Shown: piece after piece, positions 1 through 12,259 of the stretch
Layout of the letters: each line of letters opens with the position of its first letter
Numbering within the stretch: the first letter of the stretch is position 1
Assembly (NCBI RefSeq): GCF_009914755.1
Contig: NC_060930.1
Direction: 5' to 3' (one strand)
DNA from: the human T2T-CHM13v2.0 reference genome, Homo sapiens
Length of the DNA stretch: 64,000 nucleotides
The notes under the pieces: model-generated
The model's database searches: none
The model's input: only the letters and a program-made list of their open reading frames with translations
What the model was told of the DNA's origin: nothing
Translations under genes and position numbers: made by a program

Positions 1-1970
1 TTATAAACTTAATCAGATGATAACTGCTAATGTGCAGGTTTCCAGATATATCCTCATTTACCAGAAGAATATCAATGTAGCTCCTGGTACCTCATAGGCA
101 GCTACAGAACTAGGTAATGATTTATCTCTACCTCAATAAACAGAAACCATCAGAAGTAGTTTTCTGTCATCTAGCAGAGATGCCATTAAAGCCTCACTGT
201 CTTATTTCAGGGATATCAACCTCTTTGGCTGTCATACTCCCATAGGATATCATTTTGATGACATAAGGCTGAATGTATTTAGTGGGCAAGAACTGACGGT
301 ATCTTAGCTGCCTTGATAAGTCACATGCATGTCAAAGTATGGGAGAATCCATGAAAATTCAGAGACCAGTCACCTCAATGAAGTTTCTAAGGGCCCCAAA
401 GACTGTGCATTTCAGAGAAATCCTTGCCGTGTAAAAGAGAAATTTTGTACCTTGCACTCTTTGTAACTAAAAAGAGGCAGAAGTCTGCTAAGCTGCTTTG
501 GTGGCAACATAGAGGACATGTGTATGTGCTGCTCTAAGCAAAGCATCTGGTATAGTGTCACATATGAGTCAGGCTCAGATTAAGGGAAGACTCTGCAACT
601 TCTCCAAACTGATGCCACGTGGGGCTCTGTTTCAGCAGATCTAAAGGTACTTAAAGTGTGTACAGCAGATTCAAATGCTGTAGAGTACCTCTGGTACACT
701 CCAATACAGGCCTCCAGTGCTTTGGAGTAGGGCTATGTCTTCTTCACACATTAGCTAATCTCCTTTGGAAAAAATGCTCTTGGTTTACTTTTACCTCAGT
801 TTACCTTGGTTTATTTTTACCTACCTTTTACTTTTAGAGACTTAAATTTTGACCAAAGAACATCAAGTGATCATCAGACCTAAAGTGGGTGTTATCTAAT
901 GTACCAAATAATAAAGTTGAACAAGTGCAATCATACTCCATTATCAAAAGAAGTAGTCTATAAGAGATAAGCCTCAAGCAGGTTGTGAATAAGCAGGTAG
1001 ATTGTATGAACAGATGGTTCATATTCCCAGTGCATCTACTCTTTTTCTTTCCCATTTCTCCCTCAAATTATACCCATGGACTCTGGGGGAGTTCCCTATC
1101 ACCAGCTGACTGAGGAAGAAAACATTCAAATTTGGTTTAGAGATGGTTCCTCATGTTGGCACCACCTGGAAGTGAAAAGCTGAATAATATCCCCACAAAG
1201 GGATGGCCTTGACAAAGAAAGAAATCTTCACAGTGAGTCAAATTTCCAGTAATATATCTATCTAATTTTCCACTTTATGGTAAAGGAAAAATGGTAAGAA
1301 ACATTGAACTACACCAAATTATGTGTAGCAACTAACTGTTGGCCTGGATGATAAGGTACTTGAAAAAAATAAAACTGGAGGATTGGTGACAAGGAGTTCT
1401 GGAGAAAAGGTGATGGATGGACCTCTCATAATGGATAGAGAGCATGAGACTATATTCATCCCATTTGAATAAAAACCAAAGGGCATATCCCACAAAAAGG
1501 CTCTTTCTAATCAGAGGGCGGCTAAGAGAACTCTATAGGAAGTGGGTATATATCAGAAATGGAGGTTATGAATAGGCTAAACAGCATAGGCTTCCCATCG
1601 CCAAGGCTTATATGCCTATCATCACTGCTGAGTCCTCAGTTGGCCAACACCCTGGATCAACACTGAGCTTTCATCATAACACGATAGGCCAGGGACACCA
1701 GCCATCCACCAAGTAACAGGTTGAGGATTAATTCCTTTTACTAGGGGTGGTTAGCAGCAATCTGTCTACACTATGATTAGCACCCAGTTACCCTAGATAT
1801 GGATTTACCATCTCTGCCCATATCGTTCTGCCAGTACCACCATCTGTGGACTTACTCACTATCATGATATTCCACACAATATTGCCCACCAAGAAGTGAG
1901 ACAACAGACTCACCCCACAGAATTCATCAATCTTACTGTGTATCCCATCAGCCCAGACATGTTTCGGTTG
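1..1970 (+). mobile_element. Degenerate ERVL-type (class III ERV) internal region: RT/RNaseH/integrase remnant
   Basis: Resembles HERV-L pol: cattttgatgacata (YIDD-like, ~251), aaaattcagagaccagtcacctcaatgaagtttcta, cactgctgagt...caacactgagc, gatatggattt...accaccatctgtggact...atattccacacaatattgcc; many stops. Confidence 0.75.
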
Positions 1971-1980
1971 TTCCACCTAC

Positions 1981-2092
1981 CGAGTAAGTTAATAACACCA
2001 TCATTGTAGCAAGCAAAAAGTTTGATAAGATCTTTGAAAAGAAGCATAAATGCTGCATTTATGACACCATTTGTTAGTTCATTTGGATGCAC
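1981..2092 (-). CDS. SNAP91: SNAP91 exon 7 ([37 protein letters not shown])
   Basis: ttttctag|GTGCAT ... TACTCG|gtaggt; 112 nt; cumulative 658; within ORF 1910..2092. Confidence 0.97.
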
Positions 2093-2984
2093 CTAGAAAA
2101 ACAGAAAAATTTAATATTAGCGGCATATCATTAAGTCTTAATTTTTCTTGAATCACATTAAAATGTCTCAAATGACTACTAAGAAATTCATGAATATTCT
2201 ACAAACATTGGTAATTCATTTAGTAACCCTACCAATATCAAAAGATGGACTACATATGTTTTTGCTTCAATTTAAGTCAATGAGGTTAGTCTTATCGATT
2301 AAAAGACAGATATATGCATTATATATATATGTGTTTATATAGATTAATCCATAGATTATTCAAATTTAACTTTTGAAAATCTGGTGTTTTGTTACTTTTA
2401 CTGTTATGTTACATTTCTTCCACTTCTCCTATCTAATAGTTTCTGTGAAAGGATTCAGGCTCCAGGGGCCTGCAATGACTCAGTGTGGAAGAACAGCATG
2501 GGGAATACCTTAGTCAGCTACCTCTAAAATAACTCTAGAGACTCATAACTGTTCACCTATTCCAAACTACTCTAATCATCAACACAAAGGCACATAATTT
2601 CTCCCCACTCCTCAATCCTTTTCTTTTTCCCTTTATGACTTTCTCTTTTAAGACAGAACCCTTACTAAGGTCAAGGAAAGTAAAGAAAAATAAACGAATT
2701 AAAAAGAAAATAAAAGCTAAAAGGCAATTCGACAGATACTTAGTGAAGTCCTTATCATAAAATCTGTTAAAAAATAAGATGGTTTGCTGCTTTTATGAAA
2801 TTTCACAGGAGTTAGGTGTTGTGATTAGCACCTAATTATAGACTAAACCATACAATCTTAACAGAGATGCTAAGTTACTAAAATTTGAGGAAAATCTTTG
2901 TTGTAGGCAACTACCAAAATACAAAAAGGCTGAACAATATGAGTTAATAATGTCTCTACATGTCAAAATATTTTACTTTCATGA

Positions 2985-3304
<320 letters not shown>

Positions 3305-3324
3305 TCAAGATTCTTCAAAATTAA

Positions 3325-3490
3325 TTTTTTTATTTTAAGATAACTCTAAATTTACATGCAGGTGTAAGAAGGAATACAGAAAGCTCCCATATACCATTTA
3401 CCCAGTTTATCCTAATGGTAACATCCTATAAAACTATAGTACAATATCACAACCAGGATATTGACAATGAAACAATTCACTAATTTATCT
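3325..3490 (-). mobile_element. Old L1 (L1M) 3'UTR fragment
   Basis: ...cccagtttatcctaatggtaacatc...tagtacaatatcacaaccaggatattgac. Confidence 0.55.
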
Positions 3491-3553
3491 AAGATTAAAC
3501 ACAATTCTTTGGTGGATAGTGTCATTTAAGCAATCTGCATAAAATGGTTTCTA

Positions 3554-3885
<332 letters not shown>

Positions 3886-4224
3886 CTAACAGCAGGTCAA
3901 GTTATTTAACTGCCTGAAGGCACATCTTGCAGATACTTCATCCTGTCAAGTACAATAGGAAGTCACTATCCTGCTCAGAACATGAAGTTCCAAGAATGTA
4001 CCATTCATATTTTTCCATGACTTATGTAAACACCTGGTAAACTGCTTAGAAAAATCAGGGGAACCTAAATAATCTTTACCGAGCTTAACAGCCTGAACTA
4101 AGTATTCATCTAAATGAAGATCTATAGCTGCTTCCCGAGGAAATCTTTGGATTTACCTGTAGCCCATCTTCAAATGAAAGACAACATTGATTGTGTATGA
4201 AACATTTTCTAGTGAGATACATAC

Positions 4225-4318
4225 ATCAAATTCAAGCAGTGCATCAATTTGTCCCTGTAGTATTGGCATACTCTTTAGCAGCTTTTCGGGAGCCATTGTC
4301 CTCATTACACCATCGGCC
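4225..4318 (-). CDS. SNAP91: SNAP91 exon 6 (ADGVMRTMAPEKLLKSMPILQGQIDALLEFD)
   Basis: T-rich tract then aattgtag|GGCCGAT ... TTTGAT|gtatgt; 94 nt; cumulative 546; seen within ORF 4153..4404. Confidence 0.97.
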
Positions 4319-4651
4319 CTACAATTAAAAAAAAAAAAAAGGTACAATTTCATTGGATATGGACAATTCAAGACCATATGAATTGTTCTAAGCTGTTCCC
4401 CCACACCACCCCATTTCCTTATTAATCCTGTGGGATCAATTTGAGGTATTACAAGGTTGTAGTCATTTCCCCCCTCTATCTATTATCTATTCTTATTCCT
4501 CCATTGCACAGGCAATGCTTGTTTGTTTTCTATGTGTACTGCCCTTAGGAAGAAAGCAATCGGGTCTGGATAAAAGAGGCAAGCTGAATTTATGAATGGA
4601 TTTTTCTAAATCTATAATAAAGGTAATAGTGTTGAAAAGTATGTTTTCTTC

Positions 4652-4954
4652 TTTTTTTTTTTTTTTTTTTGAGACAGTCTCACTCTGTCACCCAAACTGG
4701 AGTGCAATGGCATGATCATAGCTCACTGTAATCTCAAACTCCTGGGCACAAGTGATTCTCCTGCCTCAGCCTCATGAGTAGCTGGAACTACAGGTGCATG
4801 CCACCACACCCGGTTAATTTTTAAAAAATTTGTTTTGGTAGGGATGGGAGTCTCACTATGTTGCCCAGGCTGGTCTTAAACTCCTGACCTCACAGAGTCC
4901 TCCCTCCATGATCTACCAAAGTGCTGAGACTATAGCCATGAGCCACTTTGCCCA
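4652..4954 (-). mobile_element. AluJ
   Basis: polyT, gatcatagctcactgta...aactcctgggc. Confidence 0.9.
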
Positions 4955-6006
4955 ATCAAAATATAAGCTTTCAAAAAAGCCAGTTTTTTTTTCTTTTTTT
5001 TTGAGAAAGAGAAAACATGTCTTGGAAGTTTATAAAACCTGTATGACTTGGAGTACAAGGTTTATGCTATTAACCATCAAGGGAAGAAAAATGCATGCTG
5101 ATAAGAACACTTTTCCCAAACAAAGGTAAGAGTTTAGCTACAGAAGATGAGACTGAAGGTTAATGCTGATGTCGGAGGGTGCACTGCACCTTGTCTCCAC
5201 CTTCAGGTCTCTTAGGAAGCCCTTGTATCCAGTGATGGTGATGGTTGAGGAGCAGCAGTATTGTAATAGCTGAAGAAAATACCCAGATGATGTGGACATG
5301 CTGATCATGGCAACTTTCAGGGTCTCTCCCAGACCAACAGTGGAGAAAGCAACCTGAAGTGTCCATATGTGTTCACACAGGGGTGCAGAAGTTTCTAGGA
5401 AGGCCATGGACCTACTGCAGAGGTCACAATGCAGCTGGGAACATCAGCAATGGTTGCATGGTGCCATGTAAGAAGTTAGAGGAAGGCATATGAACTAGAA
5501 TCATCTCTCGTGAGAAGAGGGTGAAGGAAAACACCTACTTTTATAAAGTATTCATCTACAATAAATTATTTTGAATAGGCAAGTTGATGTTTTTCACCAC
5601 CATGGTAAAAAAAGTAGCCCCAAACTAAGGTCAGGTTAGCCATTGCAAAAATAAAGTTACATCTTTTTGTGTGGATTCTTGAGACTAAAATATTAAAGCT
5701 GCTATAGTACCTTGCCATTATTTCAAATGAGGAACAGATATAAGATATGCACAAATGTGTGGCTGAATGCCTCTGACTAGATTTATGCATCTATTTAGAG
5801 GGAAATAAATGGTAATTATAGATAAAATTCAAGTGTTTCTGTTTCAATGAGGTTTTCTTAATTGGTAGTATTAACAATTAGTTTGATTATGGTGTGTGTT
5901 TATATATGTGTTTTCTAGAATGATACGTCTCTCAAAACCAGATCAAAGTTCAGATTCACCTCAATTAAAAAAAAAACATTTATATAGCTATTGTCTATTT
6001 TCCATC

Positions 6007-6329
6007 TTTTTTTTTTTTGACACAGGGTCTTAGAGACAGGGTTGCCCAGGCTGGAGTGCAGGGGCATGAACATAGCTCACTGTAGCCTCAGTCTCCTAGG
6101 ATCAAGCAATCCTCCTGCCTTAGCCTCCCAAGCAGCTGGGACTACAGGCACACACCACCACGCCTGACTAATTTGTTTAATTTTTAGTAGAGAGAAAGTC
6201 TCACTGCATTGCCCAGGCTGGTCTTTAACTCCTACGTTGCCCAGGCTGTTCTTTAACTCCTGAGCTCAAATGATCCTCCCAGTTTGGCCTCCCAAAGTAC
6301 TGGGATTACAGGTATCACTGTGCCAGGCC
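6007..6329 (-). mobile_element. AluJ with an internal ~28-bp tandem duplication
   Basis: ttgcccaggctg(g/t)tctttaactcct occurs twice at ~6209-6261. Confidence 0.9.
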
Positions 6330-6727
6330 AAATAGCTATTGTCATCTACAGCCACTATACTTTTAAGTGAATCTTGTCTTAATTCCCTCCTTCTTAAATT
6401 ATTTAAAGGTATATACATGTTTAAAAATTTTGAGTTTTTAACAAATAAAATGTTATATAATTTGTCCTGGGATTAGAGAGAAGAAAAAAATTTTATAGCA
6501 TATAAACTGAGAAGCAAATCAGATTTTTCTGCATGAAGATATAAACAAAATAATGCATATTGCAACTTCAAGGCTAACTTCTACAATATTATTGAGTTCC
6601 TTTTTTTAGGTTATTGTAAACTGGGCCTTCAAGAAAATTAGCTGGCATTTAAGCTTAGTTAAAATAAATCAAGTATGCCTCAAAGACTTATTCTCCTCTA
6701 ATAAATATAAGAAAGACAAAAACATAC

Positions 6728-6830
6728 CCTTTCTTCACCCTGGCAAAATCAAAGGCCATCTGTCTGTAAGAAAAAGCCTTTTCATTCAAATATCTACTAT
6801 AGCGCCTTATGAAGGTAGACATATCATAAC
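6728..6830 (-). CDS. SNAP91: SNAP91 exon 5 ([34 protein letters not shown])
   Basis: ctcccag|GTTATG ... AAAGG|gtatgt; 103 nt; cumulative 452. Confidence 0.97.
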
Positions 6831-7572
6831 CTGGGAGAGTGGAAAGAAGAAATAAAACTAATTAATAAAATACCTTCAACTGTGCTTTGCATAGTACTAT
6901 TTTTTTTTAACTCTCTAAATGGTGATAGTCCTAGGATAGGGTCAATAACTGTATCAGATAGATCTCATTTAAAATCCTGCTTCTAGGCAAAAATACTTTT
7001 GCCATGAGGCATTCCAGGATTCTTCAATTACTTATTCCACCATTCCAGTACAGAATATGTTTTTAAATTTTCCTTGAACTTTTGTTCATTTTTCAAATAA
7101 TGGCCAGTTTCAGACTTAATTCATGCAGCCATCTGATAATGTTCCATTTGCTTGATGTGCTTGCTTTACACACAACAGATAAACAGTGAATATGATAAAT
7201 GAACAAATGAATGCAGTTCAAACCCTATTAATCCACACAAAACATTTCTTTAAGACTCGAATCACTTTTTTTAATTGAGAAGACATCTTTTATTTCATTG
7301 TCTCCTGTACCTTCATAAAAAACAACTGTGGGTCTAGCACACCCACTGTTACTTTTTAAGGTAAACGTGGTAAAAACGCCCAAAATAAACTTAATATATA
7401 TTTTATATGCTGAGTTGTCTATAATTAAATATTTTAAAGCTATATTTAAATATAATTATTTTTACATTCTTAAATATTCAATGAAGCTATCAGTTGCAAT
7501 GATTTTGGATTAATAGCCTCACTTCAAAAATCAAAGCATTGGCAAAAAATTATAAAATACAAATATTCTCAC

Positions 7573-7648
7573 CATGGGATCCACTTTTGTCCAAAAAATT
7601 GCTGAGATTGAATAGTGTATTTCTAGAAGCCAAATATTGAATAAATCT
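7573..7648 (-). CDS. SNAP91: SNAP91 exon 4 (RFIQYLASRNTLFNLSNFLDKSGSH)
   Basis: tttttcag|AGATTT ... CCCATG|gtgaga; 76 nt; cumulative 349. Confidence 0.97.
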
Positions 7649-8086
7649 CTGAAAAACAAAAATTAGAATTAAACACACATTTTAAAATCATACTTTTAAA
7701 CAATTTCTGACACTAAAGCGATTTTTTTTTTTAACAAATTCTCATTGGGATCTCTTTTACTCAGTTATAAAGTTTCCTAGAATGCTGAATTTCTCTGAGG
7801 GGAAAAAAAGCTTTGTGAATTAGAATTAAATTGTACGATCTTTCATTTCTACACATAATGGAAATACTACAATTTATTAGGATTCAGTAGGCATCCTACA
7901 TAAAATTGGTAATTTTAATTTTATCAGTATTTTCCAAAATAAATATCTTACGAATGCAATTTTCACTCAAAGATTCAAAGGAATCTTTCCTATGGGAAAA
8001 ATAATTTTATTGTTCCTTCTCCTAACATTTTTGCTTAAAAATAGGTTTACATGGTATATCCATTTTTTGAACCTATAATTTTAACA

Positions 8087-10449
8087 CAGGCATATCTCAT
8101 TTTATTGAGCTTCTTTTTTATTGCACTTTTTGCAAATTGAAGATTTGTGGCAACTCAGGGATGAGCCAGTCTATCAGTGCTCACTTTGTGTCACATTTTG
8201 GTAATTCTCACAATAGTTCAAACTTTTTCATTATTATTATATCTGTTTTGGTGATCTGTCATCAGTGATCTTTGATGTTACTAATGTAATTGTTCTGAGT
8301 TGCCATGAACTGTGCCCATAAATGATGGCAAACTTAATCAGTAAATGTGGCATATGTTCTGACTGCACCACCGCTGGTTGTTCCCCTGACTTTCTCCCTT
8401 TCCTCAGGCCTCCTTATTCCCTGAGACACAAAAATATTGCAGTTAAGCCAACTAATAACCCTACAATGACCTCTAGATATTCAAATGAAAGGAAGAGTCA
8501 CACATCTCTCACTTTAAGTCAAGAGCTAGAAGTGATTAAGCTTAATGAGAGTGGCATGTCGAAAACTGAGAAAGGCCAAAAGCTAGCTCTCTTGTGCCAG
8601 TTAGCCAAGTTGTAAATATAAAGGAAAAGTCTTGAAGAAAATTGAAAGTGCTACTTTAATGAACACACAAATGATAAGAAAGTGAAATAGCTTTCTTGCT
8701 GATATGGAGAATGTTTGAGTGGTCTGGATAAAAGATCAAACCAGCTACAACATTCCCTCAAGCCAAAGCCTAATTCAGAGCAAGGCCTCAACTTTTTTTC
8801 AATTCTAGGAGGGCTGAGAGAGGTGAGGAAACTGCAGAATAAAAGTTTGATGCTAGCAGAGGTTAGTTCATGAGGTTTAAGGAAAGAAGCCATCTCCACA
8901 ATATAAAAGTACAAGGTGAAGCAGGAAGTGCTGATGAAGAAGCTGCAGCAAGTTATCCAGAAGATCTAGCTGAGATAATTCATGAAGGTGGCTACATGAA
9001 ACAGATTTTCAATGTAGATAAAGCAGCCTTCAATTGGAAGAAGATGCCATCTAGAACTTTCTTATCTAGAAAGGAGAATACAGTACCTGACTTCAAAACT
9101 TCAAAGGACAGCCTGACTCTCTTGTTAGGGGCTAATGCAGCTGATGACATGAAGTGAAAGTCAATGCTCATTTACCATTCTGAAAATCTAGGGCCCTTAA
9201 GAATTACACTAAACCTACTCTGCCTGTGCTCTATAAATGGAACAACAAAGCCCGGATGATAGCACACTCTGTTTATAGTATGGTTTACTGAATATTTGAA
9301 GCCCACTGTTGAGACTTACTGCTCAGAAAAAAAGATTCCTTTCAAAATATTACTGCTCATTGACATGCACCTTGTCACCATAAGAGCTCTGATGGAGATG
9401 CACAAAGAGATGCACGTTGTTTTCATGACTGCTAACACAACATTCATTGTGCAGCCCATGGATCAAGGAGTAATTTTTACTTTCAAGTCTTGTTATTTAA
9501 GAAATACATTTTGTAAGGCTATAGCTACCACAGATAGTGATTCCTCTGATGGATGTGGGCAAAGTAAATTGAAAACCTTCTAGAAAAGATTGACCATTCT
9601 AGATGCCATTAAAAACATTTGTGATTCATGGGAGGACATACAGATAGCAACATTAGCAGGAATCTGGAAGAAGAGCATTTCAGCCCCTATGGATGACTTT
9701 GAGGGATTCAAGACCAGTAGAGGAAGTAACTGCAGATGTGTGGGAAAATAGCAAGGGAACTAGAATTGGACATGGAGCCTGAAGATGGGACTGAATTGCT
9801 ATAATCTCATGATAAAATTTGAATGGATGAGGAGTTGCTTCTTATGGACGAGAAAGAAAGTAGTTTCTTGAGATAAAATCTACTTCTGGTAAAGATACTG
9901 TGAACATTGTTGAAATAACAACAAAGGATATAGAAATTACATAAACAGCTGATAAAGCAATAGCAAGGTTTGAGAGGATTGACTCCAATTTTCAAAGAAG
10001 TTCTGCTGTAGATAAAATGCTGTCAAAGAGCATTGAATGCTACAGAGAAATCTTTTGTAAAAGGAAGAGTCAATTGATGTGGCAAACTTCACTGTTGTCT
10101 TATTTTAAGAGACTTCTGCAATTACTTCAACCTTCAGCAACCACCATCCTAATCAGTCAGCAGCCATCAATATCAGGGCAAGACCTTCTACCAGCAAAGA
10201 TTACAACTCACTGAAGACTCAGATGATCATTTGATAATAATTTTTTAGCAATAAAGGATTTTTAAATTAAGATATGTACTTTTTTTAGACATAATACTAT
10301 TGCACACTTAATAGAGTACAGTATAAATGTAAATGTAACTTTTACATGCACTGGGAAACCAAAACATTTGTGTGACTCGCTTATTGCAATATTAGCTTTT
10401 TTTTGCAGTGGTCTGGAATCAAACCTGCAATATCTCTGAGGTGTACCTA
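8087..10449 (+). mobile_element. Near full-length Tigger1 (TcMar-Tigger) DNA transposon with a disrupted transposase
   Basis: TIR-like ends caggcatatctc... and ...gaggtgtaccta. ORF fragments [44 protein letters not shown]...QIFNVDK, ILLLID...QPMDQGVI (pogo/CENP-B DDE family). Confidence 0.93.
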
Positions 10450-10664
10450 TTCCTCATATCTCTAAGACAATGTCTAACTTAAAGTTTATTTTTTGTTAAC
10501 TAGCTAAGGAGAAGATTAAACTTGTATTCTAGATGATCCAGAACTGTGTATTTCCTTTTCTTTTTCTCCTAATTAGTGAAAATTCAAAGAGCCTTAAATC
10601 ATCACCATGCTCTTCCTAAAAGCCTCCTTCCTCCATCAAAAAAAGAAAAGTTTACTTAGTTTAC

Positions 10665-10807
10665 CTCATTTCCATGCACCATGAGATGATGTGTTGTCAC
10701 TAAAGCCTTAAACACAACCACCCAGCTACTGTTTGTTGCCCGCTCAAAGAGAGTGTCGGCCATCTGAGGAATATTAACATTGGTCTCGTTGGTAGCCTGG
10801 ATCAAAT
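10665..10807 (-). CDS. SNAP91: SNAP91 exon 3 (YLIQATNET...MVHGNE)
   Basis: tttcatag|ATTTGATC ... AATGAG|gtaaac; 143 nt; cumulative 273 nt, in phase. Confidence 0.97.
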
Positions 10808-12259
10808 CTATGAAAATAGAAGATATTAATCAATGATATTAACAATTACATGCAAAAATTCATTTCAAACTTGGAACATATAAACCTGTTTACTAATATA
10901 TGACCTTAAAAGTACTTTGATAATAGCTGATAACAAAATTTAAAAAATTAAACTGTAATATTTTACCCATGGACATGTACATATATTATTTACCCAATAT
11001 ATTTATTTATTCTTGAGTATATTTTGCTACTTAATTTTCTTCTGTACTCTCTTCTGAATTTACCTGTTTGCTGGTACTTATGCCATTTTTAAAATTATAA
11101 ACTCCAGGAAGGCTAAGCCTCATGTATTTAATCTTCTTTGTTACTGCTATAAGCACAATGTCTCAAATGTGGGCACTTATTCTATATGCCATTTGAAGGC
11201 AATAACATAAATGTACTCTTCAAACTTAACAGCTAAAAGCATATCTCATTTGCATTTGAACTTTGAAAGGTGCTAGTAAATACACTTGTCATATGAGTGG
11301 CAGGATGAGGTCAAATATTAAAAGAGAAAAGAATTTTGTACACATGTAAGCTTTTGTAGAACAACATGCATGCATTAAATTACTATAATTTAACCTGAGT
11401 TTGTAAGAGAGTAAACCTTTATAATACATTCACTGTTCACATCTATTAGTATGAGTCCAGGTGTATTTTTTAAAAAAATTATCTACTGGCCAACAGGGAG
11501 TGCCCAGCATTCAGAAAAGCAGTTAATGCTGTCAAAGAGTTAGCTGGGACAACCAAAGATCATGTGCTAAGGAACAGAAGCTAAGCCACAGTGGGACAGT
11601 ACAGACTTAAGTACTTCCAACAGTACAGGATGACCTCTTCAGGACAGCAGACACTGCATGACTTCTGTTACAGTCCACACTTATCTTGCAGAGACCTGCA
11701 TGTGATACCCAGTTCCTAGGCAATCCCATGCAACAAACATGCGCTTGCAACAAACATGCACATGTATTCTTCTTACTCCAAATCCACACTCAGTAATCAT
11801 TAAACTATACATTTTATGCATTGCATTTCTCTTCACAATAAATGTTTTTAAAAATTGATATTCTACCACTGAAAAATATCTAAACTCCTTAGACTAAAGG
11901 ATATCAATAACTGTTCGGAATTATAAGTGGATCAAGGCAGGCTTATTTCTTAATTTATACTGATTTTAAATTTCTGTCATCATCCCCTTCCCATCAACAC
12001 CCTTCTCTCAATATTTTCCTTTATTGGACTTTTACTCATCCTTCAGGAAGTCTTTCCTGGCCCCTTTCAAATGCAGTCCCATGTGGCCTTCCTGTGCTTT
12101 AAAACGTGAGGTACTTTGTTCCTGCTGGGTGTTCAGAATAGATGTATATTTGTCATAATTTCTACCATATCACAGCTCCTTAAAAGCAGTAATGTCTGTT
12201 TCACATACAACACTTTGCAGAGCACTGTGTACAATATTTATTGAGCAAAATGTATAAAA

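Noticed and set aside
8322-10214. Tigger transposase-like ORFs as a possible TIGD gene
   Set aside because: Broken into several frames with stops; a fossil Tigger1 rather than a domesticated gene
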